Shown: positions 54,534 to 64,000 of the stretch, piece after piece | Position numbering within the stretch: position 1 is the stretch's first letter | Layout: each line of letters begins with the position of its first letter | From: Longimicrobiales bacterium | GTDB lineage: Bacteria; Gemmatimonadota; Gemmatimonadetes; Longimicrobiales; Gaopeijiaceae | DNA length: 64,000 nt | NCBI GenBank assembly: GCA_965213665.1 | Contig: CBDBZW010000002.1 | Coordinates: 48,064-112,063, forward strand | Direction: 5' to 3' | Notes under the pieces: model-generated | What the model was told of the DNA's origin: nothing | Databases searched by the model: none | Seen by the model: the letters and a program-made list of their open reading frames with translations, nothing else | Position numbers and translations under genes: made by a program

Positions 54534-56357
54534 CTACGGCACCCCCAGCGGGTCCCCATAAAACCGCCACTCCGCCCGAAAATCCCGCCCCGGCGGCTCG
54601 CCCAGCAACCGCGCCCGCACCATTTCGACCGGCATCCGCCCGCCCCGCAGAATCGTGTCGTGAAACTCGCGCTCGGTCATCTCGCCGCCCCCGACCAACT
54701 GCTCCTGCAGCGCGCGAAACTGAAGTCCCCCAAGCATGTACGCGGCCTGGTACAGCGGCGAATAGCTCCCGTTGAAGGAACGCCGCACCTCGGCCGTCGC
54801 ATTCGCGCTCTCGTGCCCCACCCGCTCCACCAGGAAGGCAATCGCCTCGTCCGGCGTCATTTCCCCCAGGTGAAAGCTCAGCGAAAAGATGATCCGCGCC
54901 GCCCGGTGCATTCGCCAGAAGAGCATCCCCACACGGTCTTCGGGCGTTGCGGGAAAGCCCATGTCCCACAACCGCATCTCCCAGTAGAGCGCCCAGCCCT
55001 CGCCCCAGAAGGGAGTCGTGAAGAGATCGCGGTGCGAGTTGTAGCGGTCGGTCATGAAGCCCTGCAGGTGATGGCCCGGAATCAGCTCATGGTGCACCGT
55101 CGCGCGCGAGAAGTGGATGTTGTTGCCGCGCATGCTCATCCGTTTTTCGTCGTGCGTCATCTCGTCGGTCGGAAAGGACACCCGGATCACCTCGCCGCCC
55201 AGAAAGAAGGGACTCACCCGCTGCCGCTCCGGCGACATCATCTCCAGCCGCCAGACCTCCTTTGCCAGCGGCGGAATCGTCAGCAGATCGCGCGCCTCCA
55301 CAAAGTCGATCGCCTCCTGGGCCAGCTCGATCACCAGCTCCGGCTGGCGCCCCGGCTCCACATGCAACGTCTTCACCCTCTCCAGCGCCGAGCGCCAGTC
55401 CTCGCCGAATCCCATCTCCCGCGACGCCTTCAGCATCTCCGCCTCGCACCAGGCGAACTCGCGCTCCGCAATCGCAATCAGCTCAGCCGGCGTGTACGGA
55501 ATCATTGCCCGCGCCAGATCCGCCGTCATCCCGTCCGCGCCGATCGGATTCCCCACAATCGGTTCCTCCGCCCCCTGGGGCCAACCCACAATCCGCTCCC
55601 GCAGCGTCGCCAGGTAACGGTCCAGCGCCGCGTCCACCTCGCCAAAGGGTTGTTCGGCCCACCAGCCAAAGATCGGGTCGTACCCCGCATAGTGACGGTA
55701 CCAACTGCGAAGGGCGCTTTGGTAGGAAGAGAGCAGCCTCACGGCCCGGAGCCCGGTGATCGGCGTCGGGGTTGACTGCCCCCCGCCCCCCTCGCCAGCC
55801 CCCCCGGCGGCTGCCCGGGAGTTCATCGCGCGGTCGGCTTCGTTCACCGCCCCGGCCAGATCCGCCAACCGCCCCGCGATCTCGTCTCCGGCCACCTCGC
55901 GGCGAAAGTGGCGAATGTCCAGCAGGGCCACGATCTCGTCGGCGAAGGGGAGCAGCGGCAGCACGTCGGCCACCGTTCGTTCCTCGCGGCCGAGCAGTTC
56001 GCGGCGGTAGCGCACCTCGCTCGACAGCAGCGCAAGGTCAATGCTACCCTCCAGGTCGTCCGGCGCGACCTTGAGCGTCTCCAGCTCCGCGGCCCACCCC
56101 GCCAGAAAATCGTCCAGGCGGGCCTGCCGCGCCGCCGACCAGGGAACATCTTGCCAACGACGCTGCAGCGCTCCCAGGTCTTCCGCGAAGCGCTCCACCA
56201 CTCCGGCCAGGCCGGATTCCTGGAAGGCGGCGATCCCGGTCAGATCGGGTGCGGGCGGCGCGGCCTGAGCGGCTGTGCGCCCGACGCCGGGGGCCAGCGC
56301 GGCGGCCGCAGCCACCAGAGCGGCCAGCGCGGTCGCCAGCGCACCGCAGTCGCGCAC
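54534..56357 (-). CDS. DUF885-family protein (putative secreted metallopeptidase-like)
   Basis: The VHHELIPGHHLQ motif is characteristic of DUF885. GTG 56357 gives the signal-like N-terminus VRDCGALATALAALVAAAAALAPG. Using the ATGs at 56600/56603 would leave only 6 nt to rtcB. Confidence 0.7.
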   Translation of the reverse strand: MRDCGALATALAALVAAAAALAPGVGRTAAQAAPPAPDLTGIAAFQESGLAGVVERFAEDLGALQRRWQDVPWSAARQARLDDFLAGWAAELETLKVAPDDLEGSIDLALLSSEVRYRRELLGREERTVADVLPLLPFADEIVALLDIRHFRREVAGDEIAGRLADLAGAVNEADRAMNSRAAAGGAGEGGGGQSTPTPITGLRAVRLLSSYQSALRSWYRHYAGYDPIFGWWAEQPFGEVDAALDRYLATLRERIVGWPQGAEEPIVGNPIGADGMTADLARAMIPYTPAELIAIAEREFAWCEAEMLKASREMGFGEDWRSALERVKTLHVEPGRQPELVIELAQEAIDFVEARDLLTIPPLAKEVWRLEMMSPERQRVSPFFLGGEVIRVSFPTDEMTHDEKRMSMRGNNIHFSRATVHHELIPGHHLQGFMTDRYNSHRDLFTTPFWGEGWALYWEMRLWDMGFPATPEDRVGMLFWRMHRAARIIFSLSFHLGEMTPDEAIAFLVERVGHESANATAEVRRSFNGSYSPLYQAAYMLGGLQFRALQEQLVGGGEMTEREFHDTILRGGRMPVEMVRARLLGEPPGRDFRAEWRFYGDPLGVP

Positions 56358-56609
56358 GGAGCCAGGGATGCTCCCGGGACGGCAACTTCCCACCCGGCGC
56401 CGGTTCCCCGTGCGGCGGCAAGGTTCGCTGGAGCGGCGATCATTCAGTGGGCGGCGAGCTGGTCTGCTGGGCGTCTTCGTCACGGCATGCAATCCCTTCG
56501 CGGAGCGGTTCCTGGCGCGGCGGCGCGCAAGCCGGGCTGATACATTGGCTGTCCGCGCGGCGGCCCGGGACCGGCGGCGGCACCTGTTTCCATCCACCAT
56601 CATGGACCC

Positions 56610-57818
56610 ATGCAGGTATTCGGACAACACGACCCCGCCACCCTGGAGCAGCTCGCTCGCGTCGCCCGGCGCGCAGATCACGCGGCGCTCATGGCCGATG
56701 GGCACCTCGGCTACATCATGCCGATCGGGGGCGTGGCGGCGTACCGCAACCAGGTGAGCGTGGCGGGGGTGGGCTTCGACATTGCCTGCGGGAACGCCGC
56801 CATTCGGACCGATCTCGCGCTGAACGACGTGGCGGATCGTCCCGGCGGGCTGCGCAACCACCTCTCCGGCCTCGCCGACGAGATCCGCGACACGCTCAGC
56901 TTCGGGGTCGGCGGCGTCAACCGCGCCCCGGATGCGCCCACCGATCACTCCCTCTTCGCGGATTCGGCCTGGGAGGCGGTGCCGGCGCGGCATCGTGCGG
57001 CGCTCCTGGACCGGGCGCGCAGACAGCTTGGCAGCGTCGGTTCCGGCAATCACTACGTGGACATCTTCGCCGACGAACGCGACCGCATCTGGGTGGGCGT
57101 GCACTTCGGTTCGCGCGGCTTCGGACACACCGTCGCCTCGTCGTTCCTCGCCATCGGGCAGGGTGCCGAGTGGGGCACGCGCGTCCCGGAAGCCGAGGTC
57201 ATCTTCGATCTGGACACGCCCGCCGGCCACGACTACTGGCGCCTCATGAAGCTGGCCGGGCGCTACGCCTACGCCGGGCGCGAGTGGGCGGCGCGCAAGA
57301 CGGCCAAGATCATCGGCGGCCGCGAGCGCGAAATCGTCCACAACCACCACAACTTCGCCTGGGAAGAGGAGCACTTCGGGCGGACGTTCGTGGTGGTGCG
57401 CAAGGGGGCGACTCCGGCGTTCCCCGGTCAGAAGGGGTTCGTGGGCGGCTCGATGGGTGACAATTCGGTGATCCTGGAAGGCACGCGCGGCGCGCCGGCC
57501 GCGTCACCCGCCGGCGAGCTGCAGGCGACGGCGCTCTACTCCACCGTCCATGGCGCCGGCCGCGTCATGAGCCGCACCGCCGCAAGGGGGAAGCGCCACG
57601 GCCGCACCGGCAAGGTACTCAGGCGCGGCAAGGTGTCCCGCGAGATGATGAGGGACTGGGTCGACAGCAAGGGCGTGGTGCTTCGCGGCGGCGGTCTGGA
57701 CGAGAGCCCCCACGTGTACCGGAGGCTGCCCGACGTGTTGGCCGCTCAGGGGGACACGATCACCGTGCTGCACACGCTGCGGCCGCTGGTTGTGGTGATG
57801 GCGGAGCCGAGGCGGTAG
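56610..57818 (+). CDS. rtcB: RNA ligase RtcB
   Basis: Motifs ADGHLGYIMPIGGV, GFDIACGN, GSGNHYVD and HNHHN. Confidence 0.85.
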   Translation: MQVFGQHDPATLEQLARVARRADHAALMADGHLGYIMPIGGVAAYRNQVSVAGVGFDIACGNAAIRTDLALNDVADRPGGLRNHLSGLADEIRDTLSFGVGGVNRAPDAPTDHSLFADSAWEAVPARHRAALLDRARRQLGSVGSGNHYVDIFADERDRIWVGVHFGSRGFGHTVASSFLAIGQGAEWGTRVPEAEVIFDLDTPAGHDYWRLMKLAGRYAYAGREWAARKTAKIIGGREREIVHNHHNFAWEEEHFGRTFVVVRKGATPAFPGQKGFVGGSMGDNSVILEGTRGAPAASPAGELQATALYSTVHGAGRVMSRTAARGKRHGRTGKVLRRGKVSREMMRDWVDSKGVVLRGGGLDESPHVYRRLPDVLAAQGDTITVLHTLRPLVVVMAEPRR

Positions 57819-57840
57819 TCGGCGCGGCTTCTCCTCACGC

Positions 57841-59097
57841 CTACCGAATCGATTCGTTGACCGCCGCCTCGCCTTCCCATTTGGCCACCACCGCCGCCGC
57901 GCAGGAGTCGCTGTAGACGTTGACGGCGGTTCGTGCCATGTCGAGTGGCCGGTCGATGGAGAGCATCGCGCCCACGATCAGCAATGCCTGGGGATTGTCG
58001 CCGATGCCGATCACGTTGAGGATGATGAAGATTACCACCAGCCCCGCCGAAGGAACCGCAGCCGCGCCGATCGAGGCCAGAAGCGCGGTCAGAACCACGG
58101 CGATCTGGGTCGTGAACCCGATGTCCGCTCCCAGCGCCTGAGCGATAAAGAGCGCACCGACGCACTCCATCACCGCCGTTCCGTCCATGTTCACGGTGGC
58201 GCCCATGGGCAGCGTAAAGGACGAGACCCGGTTCGACACGCCGACCTTTTCGCGCACGGCAGTCAGGGTAACCGGCAACGTCGCCGCCGAGGAGCTGGTC
58301 GAGAAGGCCACCAGGAGCGGCTCGCGCATGTTCATGGCGTGCTTCCACGGCGATACGCGCGCCCAGAAGTACAGCAGTAGCGGCAGGGTGACCACGAAGT
58401 GGATGAGGAGGCCCGACCCCAGCGCCGCGACGTACTGGGCGAGGTTGCCGAAAGCCTGCAGTCCGGACTGGCCGGTCAGGGTGACCATCAGTCCGAAAAC
58501 ACCGATCGGCAGGAGCTTGATGATGCCCGAGGTCAGCGTCATCATCGCCTTGAAGAGTGCGTTCACAAGGCTGGTGATCGTGGTGCGCGGGCCATCGGGC
58601 ATGGTCGAAACCGCGACTCCGAAGACGATGCAGAAGAAGATGACGCCCAGCATGTCGCCGGCCGAGGCAGCGTCCAGGAAGTTGATCGGTACGATGTCGA
58701 GGAGCAGTTGGGTGAAGGAATCGGGGGTCGCGAGGTCCGGGGTCGCGACGTTGGCGGGGACCGGGTAGCCGCGACCGGGATTGAAGAGATTGAAGAGGAG
58801 CAGCCCGATCGAGGCGGCCAGGAGGCTCGAGACCAGGTAGTAGCTCATGGTCTTCCCGAAGAGCCGCCCAACGGTGCGCCCGCCGCCGGCCGACGCCACC
58901 CCGGAGATGATCGAAGTCATCACCAGCGGGACGATCACCATCCGAAGCAACCGCATGAAAAGCGTCCCGAGCGGACCGACGACCTCCGCGATGGAACTCC
59001 CGCCCGGCCCCATGCCGATCAGGATGCCCGCGAACATCGCGGCGAAGACCTGCCAGTGCAGACGGCGGTACCAGGGAAGCTCGGGGCGGTATTCCAT
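57841..59097 (-). CDS. Dicarboxylate/amino acid:cation symporter (DAACS family)
   Basis: ATG 59097 with GGAG upstream. Motifs FSTSSSAATLPVT and TLPMGATVNMDGTA. Confidence 0.8.
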   Translation of the reverse strand: MEYRPELPWYRRLHWQVFAAMFAGILIGMGPGGSSIAEVVGPLGTLFMRLLRMVIVPLVMTSIISGVASAGGGRTVGRLFGKTMSYYLVSSLLAASIGLLLFNLFNPGRGYPVPANVATPDLATPDSFTQLLLDIVPINFLDAASAGDMLGVIFFCIVFGVAVSTMPDGPRTTITSLVNALFKAMMTLTSGIIKLLPIGVFGLMVTLTGQSGLQAFGNLAQYVAALGSGLLIHFVVTLPLLLYFWARVSPWKHAMNMREPLLVAFSTSSSAATLPVTLTAVREKVGVSNRVSSFTLPMGATVNMDGTAVMECVGALFIAQALGADIGFTTQIAVVLTALLASIGAAAVPSAGLVVIFIILNVIGIGDNPQALLIVGAMLSIDRPLDMARTAVNVYSDSCAAAVVAKWEGEAAVNESIR

Positions 59098-59479
59098 GTG
59101 TACGATCTCCTTTGTGCGGGCAGCGAACGCCGGGGAACCGAACGATCGGGTCCGCGAGTCTCCTCGCGGCGGGGGACATGATGGTGCGCCGGTCCCGCTA
59201 TTGCAAGTTCGCCGCGGTTGCGGGGACGCGCACGCAGCGCCAGGATGGGGACTCCGCCCACGCGCCCTCCCCAGCGAATCGACACCCAGATGGCCGCCCC
59301 TGGTCAGGCGCGCGAAAATCTGCCGGATCCCGCACCTGGCCGGATCCACGACCCGAGTCCTCTCCATGGGGCGGCGACCTGCGACTCCTCGATCCCGGAC
59401 ACCGGCTGGCGCGATCCGGGACAGCCCCACGACCTTTAAGCAGACCGACATCCATCACAAGTACACCGAGACGTTCCCC

Positions 59480-61090
59480 ATGACCCGAAAAATCACTAAA
59501 GGAGTCCTCTGCGTCCTGGCGCTCTCCGCCTGCGCCGTGGCCTGGGAGGAAGATTCCGAGAACGGCCGCCGCGTCCGGATCGGGGCCATCGATGCGCCCC
59601 AACGGCTTCGCTTCGCCGTGGCCCGCTTCCAGCACGAGACCTGCACCTTCTGTCCCGGCGGCGACACCGAAATCGAAGATTGGCTGCGGGCCAGCGAGCC
59701 GCTCTCGGGCGAGGATCTGCTGTCATCGGGGGGCTATGTGGGCGGCTTCGTGCAGCGGGCGCGAGAGTTCGGCGATGTCGAGCTGGTGCCGCTCACCTCG
59801 CCGGTCGGGGTCTACGGCGGGTCGTCCAGGAGCTGGAACACGAAGGAGACCTTCGACCATTTCCTCGGGATCATGCTGGCCGAGCTCGAGGCGCAACTGC
59901 CCGTCGACGCGGTCTACCTGGCGCTTCACGGCGCGATGGCCGTTCGCGAGGTTCCGCGCCCCGAGGCCGAGATTGCGCGACGCTTTCGCGAGGTGGTCGG
60001 GCCCGGCGTGCCGATCGCGGCCACCTTCGACCTGCACGGCAACGAGGACGCCGAGTTCCTCGAACACGCCGACTTCGCGTTCGTGACCAAGCGCTACCCC
60101 CACTACGACGGGTACATCCAGGGCGAGCGGGCGGCGCGGGCGCTGCGGCTGTCGGCGCTGGGCCAATACCGCTCCACGACCGCCACGCGCAAGCCGGGAA
60201 TCATTACCGCGACTGTTCTGCAGTGGACCGGCCAGTCGCCGTCGATGGAGATCATGGAGCGGGCGCGGCGCTGGGAGGCGCGCGAGAACGACGCATATGT
60301 GAGCGTCTTCTACGGCTATCCGTGGTCCGATGTGCCCGATGTGGGCGCGACCGTGCACGTCATGACCAACGACGACCCGGCGCTCGCCGGCCGCATTGCC
60401 GACGACATGAACGACTTTATCTGGCGGGTGCGCGAGGACTTTGCCGTGGGCGGCTATCCCGGTCCCGGCGAGGCGGCGCGGATTGTGGCCGAAGCCGTGG
60501 CGAGCGGCCAGACCCCTGTAGCGGTGGGAGATCACAGCGACCGGCCCGGGGACGCCACCTACATCCTGAACGCGTTCGAGGCCGAAGGGATTGATCACGT
60601 CCTGTACGGGACCATTTCATCCCCCCACACCATTGACGAACTTGCAACGAGCGGGGCACAGGCGGGCGATGCCTTCGACATGGAAATTGGCGGCTTCACC
60701 CCGTCGGGCGGTTCGCCGCGGCGCATTGTGGGCACGCTGGAATACCTGGGCGAGGGTTTGGGCCACGAGCGAATTGCGGCGGTGTCGTTCGGCAATAGCA
60801 ATCTGGTCATTCTGACGCCGGCCTACGAGCAGGTGCTCTATCCCGAGGCGTTTCGGATTGGGCCGGTCGAGCCGGAGGACTACGATGTCTTTGTGGTGAA
60901 GTCGCGCGTACACTTCCGGCGCGGCTTCGACGAGACCGGGTACGCGCGCACGATCGTGGTGGTCGAGGCGCCGGAGCCGCATGTGGGCACGACCTTCCTG
61001 GATGCGCTACCGTACGAGAACGTGGATTTGAGCGCCCTGTATCCGTACGGGACGCCGGATCCGTACCAGCGACCGGACCTTCAGCCATGA
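59480..61090 (+). CDS. M81-family metallopeptidase (MlrC-like)
   Basis: Lipoprotein-like signal ...LCVLALSAC. The N-terminal RFAVARFQHETCTF motif and overall length fit MlrC-type proteins. Confidence 0.7.
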   Translation: MTRKITKGVLCVLALSACAVAWEEDSENGRRVRIGAIDAPQRLRFAVARFQHETCTFCPGGDTEIEDWLRASEPLSGEDLLSSGGYVGGFVQRAREFGDVELVPLTSPVGVYGGSSRSWNTKETFDHFLGIMLAELEAQLPVDAVYLALHGAMAVREVPRPEAEIARRFREVVGPGVPIAATFDLHGNEDAEFLEHADFAFVTKRYPHYDGYIQGERAARALRLSALGQYRSTTATRKPGIITATVLQWTGQSPSMEIMERARRWEARENDAYVSVFYGYPWSDVPDVGATVHVMTNDDPALAGRIADDMNDFIWRVREDFAVGGYPGPGEAARIVAEAVASGQTPVAVGDHSDRPGDATYILNAFEAEGIDHVLYGTISSPHTIDELATSGAQAGDAFDMEIGGFTPSGGSPRRIVGTLEYLGEGLGHERIAAVSFGNSNLVILTPAYEQVLYPEAFRIGPVEPEDYDVFVVKSRVHFRRGFDETGYARTIVVVEAPEPHVGTTFLDALPYENVDLSALYPYGTPDPYQRPDLQP

Positions 61091-62112
61091 AGCCAGACCG
61101 AGAACAAGTCCAACACTGGAAGCGAGTCCTCGCCCCCTACTTCGGCCCGGACGACAAGCGAAGCGCCTGGCAGATGGGGTACACCGCCGTGCTCTTCGCC
61201 GCAGCGTGGGCGCTGATGTACTGGAGCCTCGGCGTGGGGTACTGGCTTACGCTGCTCATTGCTGTCCCGGCGGCCGGGCTCATCATGCGACTCTTCATGT
61301 TCCAGCACGACTGCGGGCACGGGTCGTACTTCAGATCGCGCAGACTGGCGTGCGTGACGGGCTCGTTGATCGGGGTGCTCACCCTCACCCCATACCATTA
61401 CTGGCGGAAGACGCACGCGCTCCACCACGCGCACTCGGGCAATCTGGATCTGCGTTCGTTCGGCGACATCACCACGATGACGGTCGATGAATACGAGGCG
61501 CTGTCCTTCCGGCAACGGCTCGGTTACCGGCTCTATCGCAACCCGTTCGTGCTCTTCGGTGTCGGCGCGGCCTTTCAGTTCATCGTCAAGCACCGCTTCC
61601 CCTGGGATGTGCCGCGCGCCTGGAAGCGGGAGTGGCACTCCGTGTGGTGGACGAACGGAGCGCTGGTGGCGGTCCTGGCGGGGGCGTGGCTCACGATCGG
61701 GATCGGACCCTTCCTGATGATTCAGCTTCCCATCACTCTCATGGCGTGCGCGATGGGTGTGTGGCTCTTCTACGTGCAGCACCAGTTCGAGGACGCGTAC
61801 TGGCACTGGCACGAGGAGTGGAACTACTACGACGCGGGTCTGCACGGCTCGTCCTTCCTGAAGCTCCCGAAGGTCTTGCAGTGGTTTACCGCCAATATCG
61901 GCCTTCACCACGTGCACCATCTGAGCGCCCGCATCCCCAACTACCGGCTCCAGCGTTGCCATGACGAGAACCCGGAGCTGTGGGTCGCGCCCCACATGGG
62001 CATGCGGGACGGGATGAGGGCCCTGCGGCATTCGCTGTGGGACGAAGGGCGCCGCAAGCTGATCTCGTTCCGCCAGTACCGGCGGTTCAAGGTGGATGCG
62101 GAGACGGCCTGA
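61087..62112 (+). CDS. Membrane fatty-acid desaturase
   Basis: Three histidine boxes (HDCGHGS, HALHHAH, HHVHH). The start overlaps the upstream stop (ATGA). Confidence 0.8.
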   Translation: MKPDREQVQHWKRVLAPYFGPDDKRSAWQMGYTAVLFAAAWALMYWSLGVGYWLTLLIAVPAAGLIMRLFMFQHDCGHGSYFRSRRLACVTGSLIGVLTLTPYHYWRKTHALHHAHSGNLDLRSFGDITTMTVDEYEALSFRQRLGYRLYRNPFVLFGVGAAFQFIVKHRFPWDVPRAWKREWHSVWWTNGALVAVLAGAWLTIGIGPFLMIQLPITLMACAMGVWLFYVQHQFEDAYWHWHEEWNYYDAGLHGSSFLKLPKVLQWFTANIGLHHVHHLSARIPNYRLQRCHDENPELWVAPHMGMRDGMRALRHSLWDEGRRKLISFRQYRRFKVDAETA

Positions 62113-62188
62113 CATGTCGTCGCCAGCGCCGAGGAGGATGGCGAAGACGAGGGCGTGGCGGAGACCCTGGGCGAAGCGGTCGATTGAG

Positions 62189-63433
62189 ATGTGGACGGCG
62201 AAGGTTGTGGCCGTTGTGCTCGCGGTCGTGCTTGCGGGCGCGGCGTTGGGGTGTCAGGGCGGCGGCGAAGGAGTGGCATCCGGGCGCGTTGAGGTACGCG
62301 ACAGCGCCGGGGTGCGGATCGTGGAGAATGCGCCGCCCGCGGACGATGCCCGGTTGCCCTGGACGATTGGGCCGGAGCCGTTGGTGACGATCGGCGTGGT
62401 CGAGGGCGACGATCCCTATATGCTCAGCCAGGTGACCGATGCCGCGCGCCTGCCGGACGGACGGATTGTGATTGCCAATCTGGGCACGAACGAGCTGCGG
62501 GTCTTCGACGCCACCGGGCGCTGGCTGGCGAGCTGGGGAGGCGCGGGCGAAGGACCCGGCGAGTTTCAGGGGCTGCTTGCGGTTGAGCGCTGGCCGGGGG
62601 ATTCGATTGCCGCCTGGTACGGACCTCGCCGGGGCGTTTCGATCTTCGACGACGAGGGCAACTTCGGGCGCAGCGTTGTACTTGAGCGCGATTCCGGCGA
62701 CCCTTTGGCGGTGGCCATTCGCCCGATTGCGGCGCGGCGCGACGGCACAATTCTGGCGGGTCACGACACGCACCAAACCGACCCCGTGACGGTCGAGATT
62801 CGCGATGCCGAGGGGCGGTTGGCCGGGTCGCTTGGGGAGCACGCGGGGCACGAGCGTCATCTGGTGGAAAACAGGGGCGACTTTGTGAGGGCATACGAAC
62901 CGGTCTTCGGCGCGAAAGCCGTTCAGTTGGCGTGGGGCGATCTCGTTGTGCACAGCCTCAACAACCGCAACGAAATCAGAGCCTTTGCGGGGGACGGGAC
63001 CCTGGCGCGCATCGTGCGTTGGGGCGAGCTGCCGCCGGAGCCGACCCGGGAGCAGATCGAAGCCTGGATCGAAGAGCGCGTGTGCGAGTATCCGTCGTGG
63101 GTGACGCCCGAAGAGATCGAGGACTATACGGCCCAGCGGCGCAGGGAATACATGTCCGTGCCCGTTGCGGAACGTCTGCCCGCCTTCGCGGCCGCGATCG
63201 TCGACCGCCTCGGCCACCTCTGGGTGGAGGACTACCTGGTGCCGGGAGACTGCGGGCCGGAACCGGGTACGCCCTGGACGGTCTTCGACCCGGAGGGGCT
63301 TCTGCTTGGGCGGGTGGCGCTTCCGGCGGCCGGCCGGGAAATCTTCGAGATCGGCGCCGACTACATTCTTGTACTGGCCTGGGACGATCTCGGAGTGGAG
63401 CGGGTGGAGATGTGGGGGGTGGAACGGCGGTGA
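62189..63433 (+). CDS. Lipoprotein, probably a 6-bladed beta-propeller (hypothetical)
   Basis: MWTAKVVAVVLAVVLAGAALGC lipobox. Repeated ...DGRIVIAN.....LRVFD..G... blade-like segments. Confidence 0.55.
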   Translation: MWTAKVVAVVLAVVLAGAALGCQGGGEGVASGRVEVRDSAGVRIVENAPPADDARLPWTIGPEPLVTIGVVEGDDPYMLSQVTDAARLPDGRIVIANLGTNELRVFDATGRWLASWGGAGEGPGEFQGLLAVERWPGDSIAAWYGPRRGVSIFDDEGNFGRSVVLERDSGDPLAVAIRPIAARRDGTILAGHDTHQTDPVTVEIRDAEGRLAGSLGEHAGHERHLVENRGDFVRAYEPVFGAKAVQLAWGDLVVHSLNNRNEIRAFAGDGTLARIVRWGELPPEPTREQIEAWIEERVCEYPSWVTPEEIEDYTAQRRREYMSVPVAERLPAFAAAIVDRLGHLWVEDYLVPGDCGPEPGTPWTVFDPEGLLLGRVALPAAGREIFEIGADYILVLAWDDLGVERVEMWGVERR

Positions 63434-63505
63434 GGGAGGGCGGGGGCGTTGCGGTGAGGGAGCGGGCCGTATAGCGTTTGTGCGCCCCGTTCCCGGAGAG
63501 ATTCC

Positions 63506-64000
63506 ATGCCGCAGCCCCCGAGCGTCGCCTCGCTGGTCGAGCAGTTCAAGCTGAAGGAGCGCGGCCGGGATCGCGGACGGCAGAATCTTCCCTCGTCCCA
63601 ATCGCCCCGGCTGGACATCCCCGAGACCGAGGTCGTCGCGCACTGCGAGGACCTCTTCACCGAGCGCCAGACCGAGTATAACCGCCACCGCGTCGGATTC
63701 GAGGAGCGGATGCGGATGCCGGCCGAAACGGGGGGCGGCGATGAGGTCGCGGAGCAGGCCTGCCTGGACATGAAGGAAGCGGTGGATGAGGAACGGGCAG
63801 AGCTGGAAAATCTGGCCCGGACGGCGCAACAGGCGATCGGCGACTACCATCAATTCCGGCGCGAAGAGGGGCTCAAGCGCGACGCCGACTACCCCGAAAG
63901 CCGAATCCTCCACATCGGGCTCCTCCTGGGGCTGATCGCGATCGAAACGCTGGTGAACGGGCTCTTCTTCGGCGCCAACGTCGAGGGCGGACTCTTCGCC
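63506..64000 (+). CDS. Hypothetical protein, N-terminal part (runs off the window)
   Basis: My own translation from ATG 63506, open to the window end: MPQPPSVASLVEQFKLKERGRDRG...EERAELENLARTAQQAIGDYHQFRREEGLKRDADYPESRILHIGLLLGLIAIETLVNGLFFGANVEGGLFA. It comprises a charged helical region followed by a TM segment. It is absent from the ORF track because it has no stop. Confidence 0.5.
   Translation, partial: MPQPPSVASLVEQFKLKERGRDRGRQNLPSSQSPRLDIPETEVVAHCEDLFTERQTEYNRHRVGFEERMRMPAETGGGDEVAEQACLDMKEAVDEERAELENLARTAQQAIGDYHQFRREEGLKRDADYPESRILHIGLLLGLIAIETLVNGLFFGANVEGGLFA

Noticed and set aside
56358-57374. Upstream extension of the DUF885 ORF
   Set aside because: It overlaps rtcB in antisense, and the extension is Arg-rich with no signal peptide. 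The GTG at 56357 yields a proper signal sequence.

Overview
A 64-kb, visibly very GC-rich, gene-dense bacterial chromosomal segment. I could support about 48 CDS and found no rRNA, tRNA or CRISPR. A SusC/SusD pair in such a GC-rich background suggests a Gemmatimonadota-like organism, but that is inference only.

Most of the window is ordinary:
- Central metabolism: sucA, threonine ammonia-lyase, the giant NAD-glutamate dehydrogenase, quinone oxidoreductase, an amidase.
- Secreted peptidases of the M28, M14, M81 and DUF885 types.
- Transporters of the NCS2, MFS-OFA and DAACS families.
- A cell-envelope glycosyltransferase cluster, a YhaO/YhaN-type nuclease-ATPase pair, RtcB and VapBC.

The parts worth a second look:
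1. A compact ABC-ATPase plus small Toprim-like (DUF3226-like) gene pair at 10024-11741. It has the architecture of PARIS/AbiL/OLD-type defence modules and is my best candidate for an uncharacterised system.
2. A roughly 1.5-kb insertion of apparently lower GC, carrying two lipoprotein genes. It sits in the divergent sufU/xdhC promoter region and is bracketed by 184/223-nt direct repeats.
3. Three tandem arrays of six 16-22-nt units, each abutting a start codon. One of them forms a chain of 7-codon uORFs linked by ATGA overlaps.
4. A tightly packed substrate-binding-protein / output-less sensor-HAMP / MFS transporter block.

Limits: everything was read by eye from the sequence and the ORF track, with no searches run. 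Start codons are often ambiguous in this GC range. Many long antisense ORFs in the track are GC artefacts.
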